From contig JACOZX010000003.1 of assembly GCA_016181105.1 (NCBI GenBank), positions 1 to 42,578 of the forward strand: a DNA stretch of 42,578 bases. The letters are read 5' to 3'. A program made the position numbers and the translations under genes. Under the pieces are notes generated by a model. That model saw nothing but the letters and a program-made list of their open reading frames with translations. It was not told the origin of the DNA and ran no database searches. Positions 41,469 through 42,578 of this stretch are shown here, piece after piece; positions within the stretch are counted from its first letter, which is position 1; every line of letters starts with the position of its first letter. This DNA comes from Candidatus Yanofskybacteria bacterium. Lineage in GTDB: Bacteria > Patescibacteriota > Minisyncoccia > 2-02-FULL-40-12 > IGHO2-12-FULL-4.

Positions 41469-41669
41469 GGGTCGCAACGTCATCACGAAGGGAGACTCGT
41501 CGCAAGACAACATCTCCCTTCCAATCCTTTGTTTGAGAATCAGAAATGATTCGTAAACAAAGTAGTTGGAAATAGTAGTCCTTTGAATGAAAAATGCTGG
41601 CGTGGAGGAATAGTTCTGAAGCGCCAGCCCGTAGCCGAGTTTGACTCGGCGCCCTTGAAAGGAGGGCTT

Positions 41670-42062
41670 ATGAAGTTTGCGAAATTAAGATTAGTTGGAA
41701 ATCGATTGTTTGAGGATACCGGTGAGGTATCCAACCGCACAAGAAGTTATGAGTTGGGAGAGAAGTACAACGGGCGGCTCTACGAGGAGGGGACCGAACC
41801 TTCTCTCCAGAACCACCGGATTACAGTGTGGAGAGGAAGTTTTTGGGAAGTTTGTGTGGAAGGTAGACTCGTCCTGCTTTCCGTCCAGGGCGGTCGCTTG
41901 GTAAAAATTGTGAAACTCGGTCCCAAGACCGAGCCAGTGTTCACCAGCAGGGCAACCGGCGAATACGTAAGAGAAAGCGATCATGCCCCAATGGGGTACC
42001 CCGATACCGAGCAAGGCCGTAAAGCATGGGAGGATTCAGTGCGGGTGGAAAAAGTCGAGTAG
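41670..42062 (+). CDS. Hypothetical 130-aa protein (island ORF2)
   Basis: The ATG at 41670 is preceded by aaaggaggg (strong SD). The longer 41583 ORF start lacks an RBS and runs through hairpins. No family recognised. Confidence 0.5.
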   Translation: MKFAKLRLVGNRLFEDTGEVSNRTRSYELGEKYNGRLYEEGTEPSLQNHRITVWRGSFWEVCVEGRLVLLSVQGGRLVKIVKLGPKTEPVFTSRATGEYVRESDHAPMGYPDTEQGRKAWEDSVRVEKVE

Positions 42063-42198
42063 TTTTTTTCGGTAGTACCGCCGGGATGAAGGCGGGATAA
42101 AAATAAGAGTCGGGCCGATCGCTCCGCTTTCTGAAAGACGAAAGATGCAATCGGGGGCTAGACCGTGCTAGCTATGCAATTATAAAAATTTTTTTGAT

Positions 42199-42226
42199 GA
42201 GCCAGCCCCAAGCTGGCTCTTGTTTT
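42199..42226 (+). terminator. Rho-independent terminator at the island's 3' end
   Basis: gagccagc cccaa gctggctc followed by ttgtttt. Confidence 0.7.
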
Positions 42227-42231
42227 ACCTG

Positions 42232-42270
42232 TAACACGCTCTTTTGTTTTAAATTATTTTAGTTAAGATG
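42232..42270 (+). repeat. Direct repeat copy 2 (39 nt), immediately upstream of tRNA-Gln; probably contains the tRNA promoter
   Basis: Identical to 40809-40847. A TAAGAT -10-like hexamer (42264-42269) lies about 9 nt before the tRNA 5' end. Confidence 0.9.
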
Positions 42271-42278
42271 GAATTAAT

Positions 42279-42352
42279 TGTCGGGTCTGCTAGTGGTAGG
42301 CATCCGCGCTCTGAACGCGGCAACCTTGGTTCGAATCCAAGCCCGACAGCCA
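42279..42352 (+). tRNA. tRNA-Gln (anticodon CUG), CCA encoded
   Basis: Manual cloverleaf: acceptor TGTCGGG/CCCGACA (U1-A72), D arm TGCT-AGTGGTA-GGCA, anticodon arm CCGCG-CTCTGAA-CGCGG, variable CAAC, T arm CTTGG-TTCGAAT-CCAAG, discriminator G, CCA. Confidence 0.88.
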
Positions 42353-42440
42353 TATTGTATGAATCGGAAAGGTTGCCCCTGCCTTGCCGGCAGGCAAGTC
42401 GCGGCTTTCGAGGAGCGTCAAACTTTTAAATAAAATTATT

Positions 42441-42578
42441 ATGTCCGATTGGACACAAGCAAAAAACAATTCAGATTTACCAGAACCGATATTTAAAGAA
42501 ATTTCGGGGCTTTACAAAAACAACATAAAATTTCCGAACCCGAAGCCAGCCAAGATATTTTTATTATGTCCGGTTGGG
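42441..42578 (+). CDS. Hypothetical protein, 5' partial (continues beyond the window)
   Basis: An open frame from the ATG at 42441 to the window end (MSDWTQAKNNSDLPEPIFKEISGLYKNNIKFPNPKPAKIFLLCPVG...). No family recognised from 46 residues. Confidence 0.4.
   Translation, partial: MSDWTQAKNNSDLPEPIFKEISGLYKNNIKFPNPKPAKIFLLCPVG

Noticed and set aside
41583-41669. The longer 159-aa form of island ORF2, starting at 41583.
   Set aside because: The upstream 29 codons run through two strong hairpins and lack an RBS. The internal ATG at 41670 follows a strong AAAGGAGGG Shine-Dalgarno sequence.

Overview
The window comes from an AT-rich bacterium. It looks like a Candidate Phyla Radiation / Patescibacteria (Parcubacteria-like) genome. 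This is an inference from three things: no rpmD between rpsE and rplO, many extended ribosomal proteins, and a DUF4012/glycosyltransferase envelope cluster. The standard genetic code applies, since RF2 is present and TGA ends several genes.

Gene order:
- 1-100: end of an IS481/IS3-like IS.
- 0.2-18.1 kb: one long str-S10-spc ribosomal super-operon: rpsL, rpsG, an IVS-protein cassette, fusA, an orphan ORF, tuf, rpsJ, rplC-D-W-B, rpsS, rplV, rpsC, rplP, rpmC, rpsQ, rplN-X-E, rpsN, rpsH, rplF, rplR, rpsE, rplO, secY, adk, map.
- Next: a HicB/HicA module, a GT2 glycosyltransferase, galT-like, dedA, tpiA-pgk, a DEDD exonuclease, RNase HI and rnpB.
- Next: a polysaccharide cluster (WbaP-like sugar transferase, two GT4s, DUF4012), a membrane protein, a RelE/ParE-like TA pair coupled to lepA, and a ftsB/divIC-like gene.
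- Next: ftsH (minus strand), prfB with the canonical +1 programmed frameshift, ftsE-ftsX, a complete IS481-family IS with a 6-bp TSD, and a small membrane protein plus a CYTH protein.
- Last: a GC-richer ~1.4 kb island bracketed by perfect 39-bp direct repeats, tRNA-Gln(CUG), and a partial ORF.

Most notable signals:
1. GC-rich hairpin elements sit directly 3' of rplN and lepA and form one family with compensatory stem changes. A third structured insert, only loosely similar to them, sits 3' of rplB and is flanked by two synonymous copies of the rpsS start codons.
2. A four-helix-bundle (23S IVS / Avd-like) gene sits in the str operon between inverted heptamer arrays. Two smaller versions of the same architecture lie at other gene junctions: one between rpsL and rpsG, and one whose arrays overlap the prfB 3' end and the ftsE start.
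3. Reading-frame interruptions occur in fusA (one) and pgk (two). Both pgk sites coincide with known recoding motifs (UUU_UGA and A_AAA_AAG).
4. The direct-repeat-bounded island carries a pgk 3' fragment, a consensus promoter, long structured untranslated regions and two orphan ORFs.

All function calls are from reading translations and motifs by eye. No database search was run.
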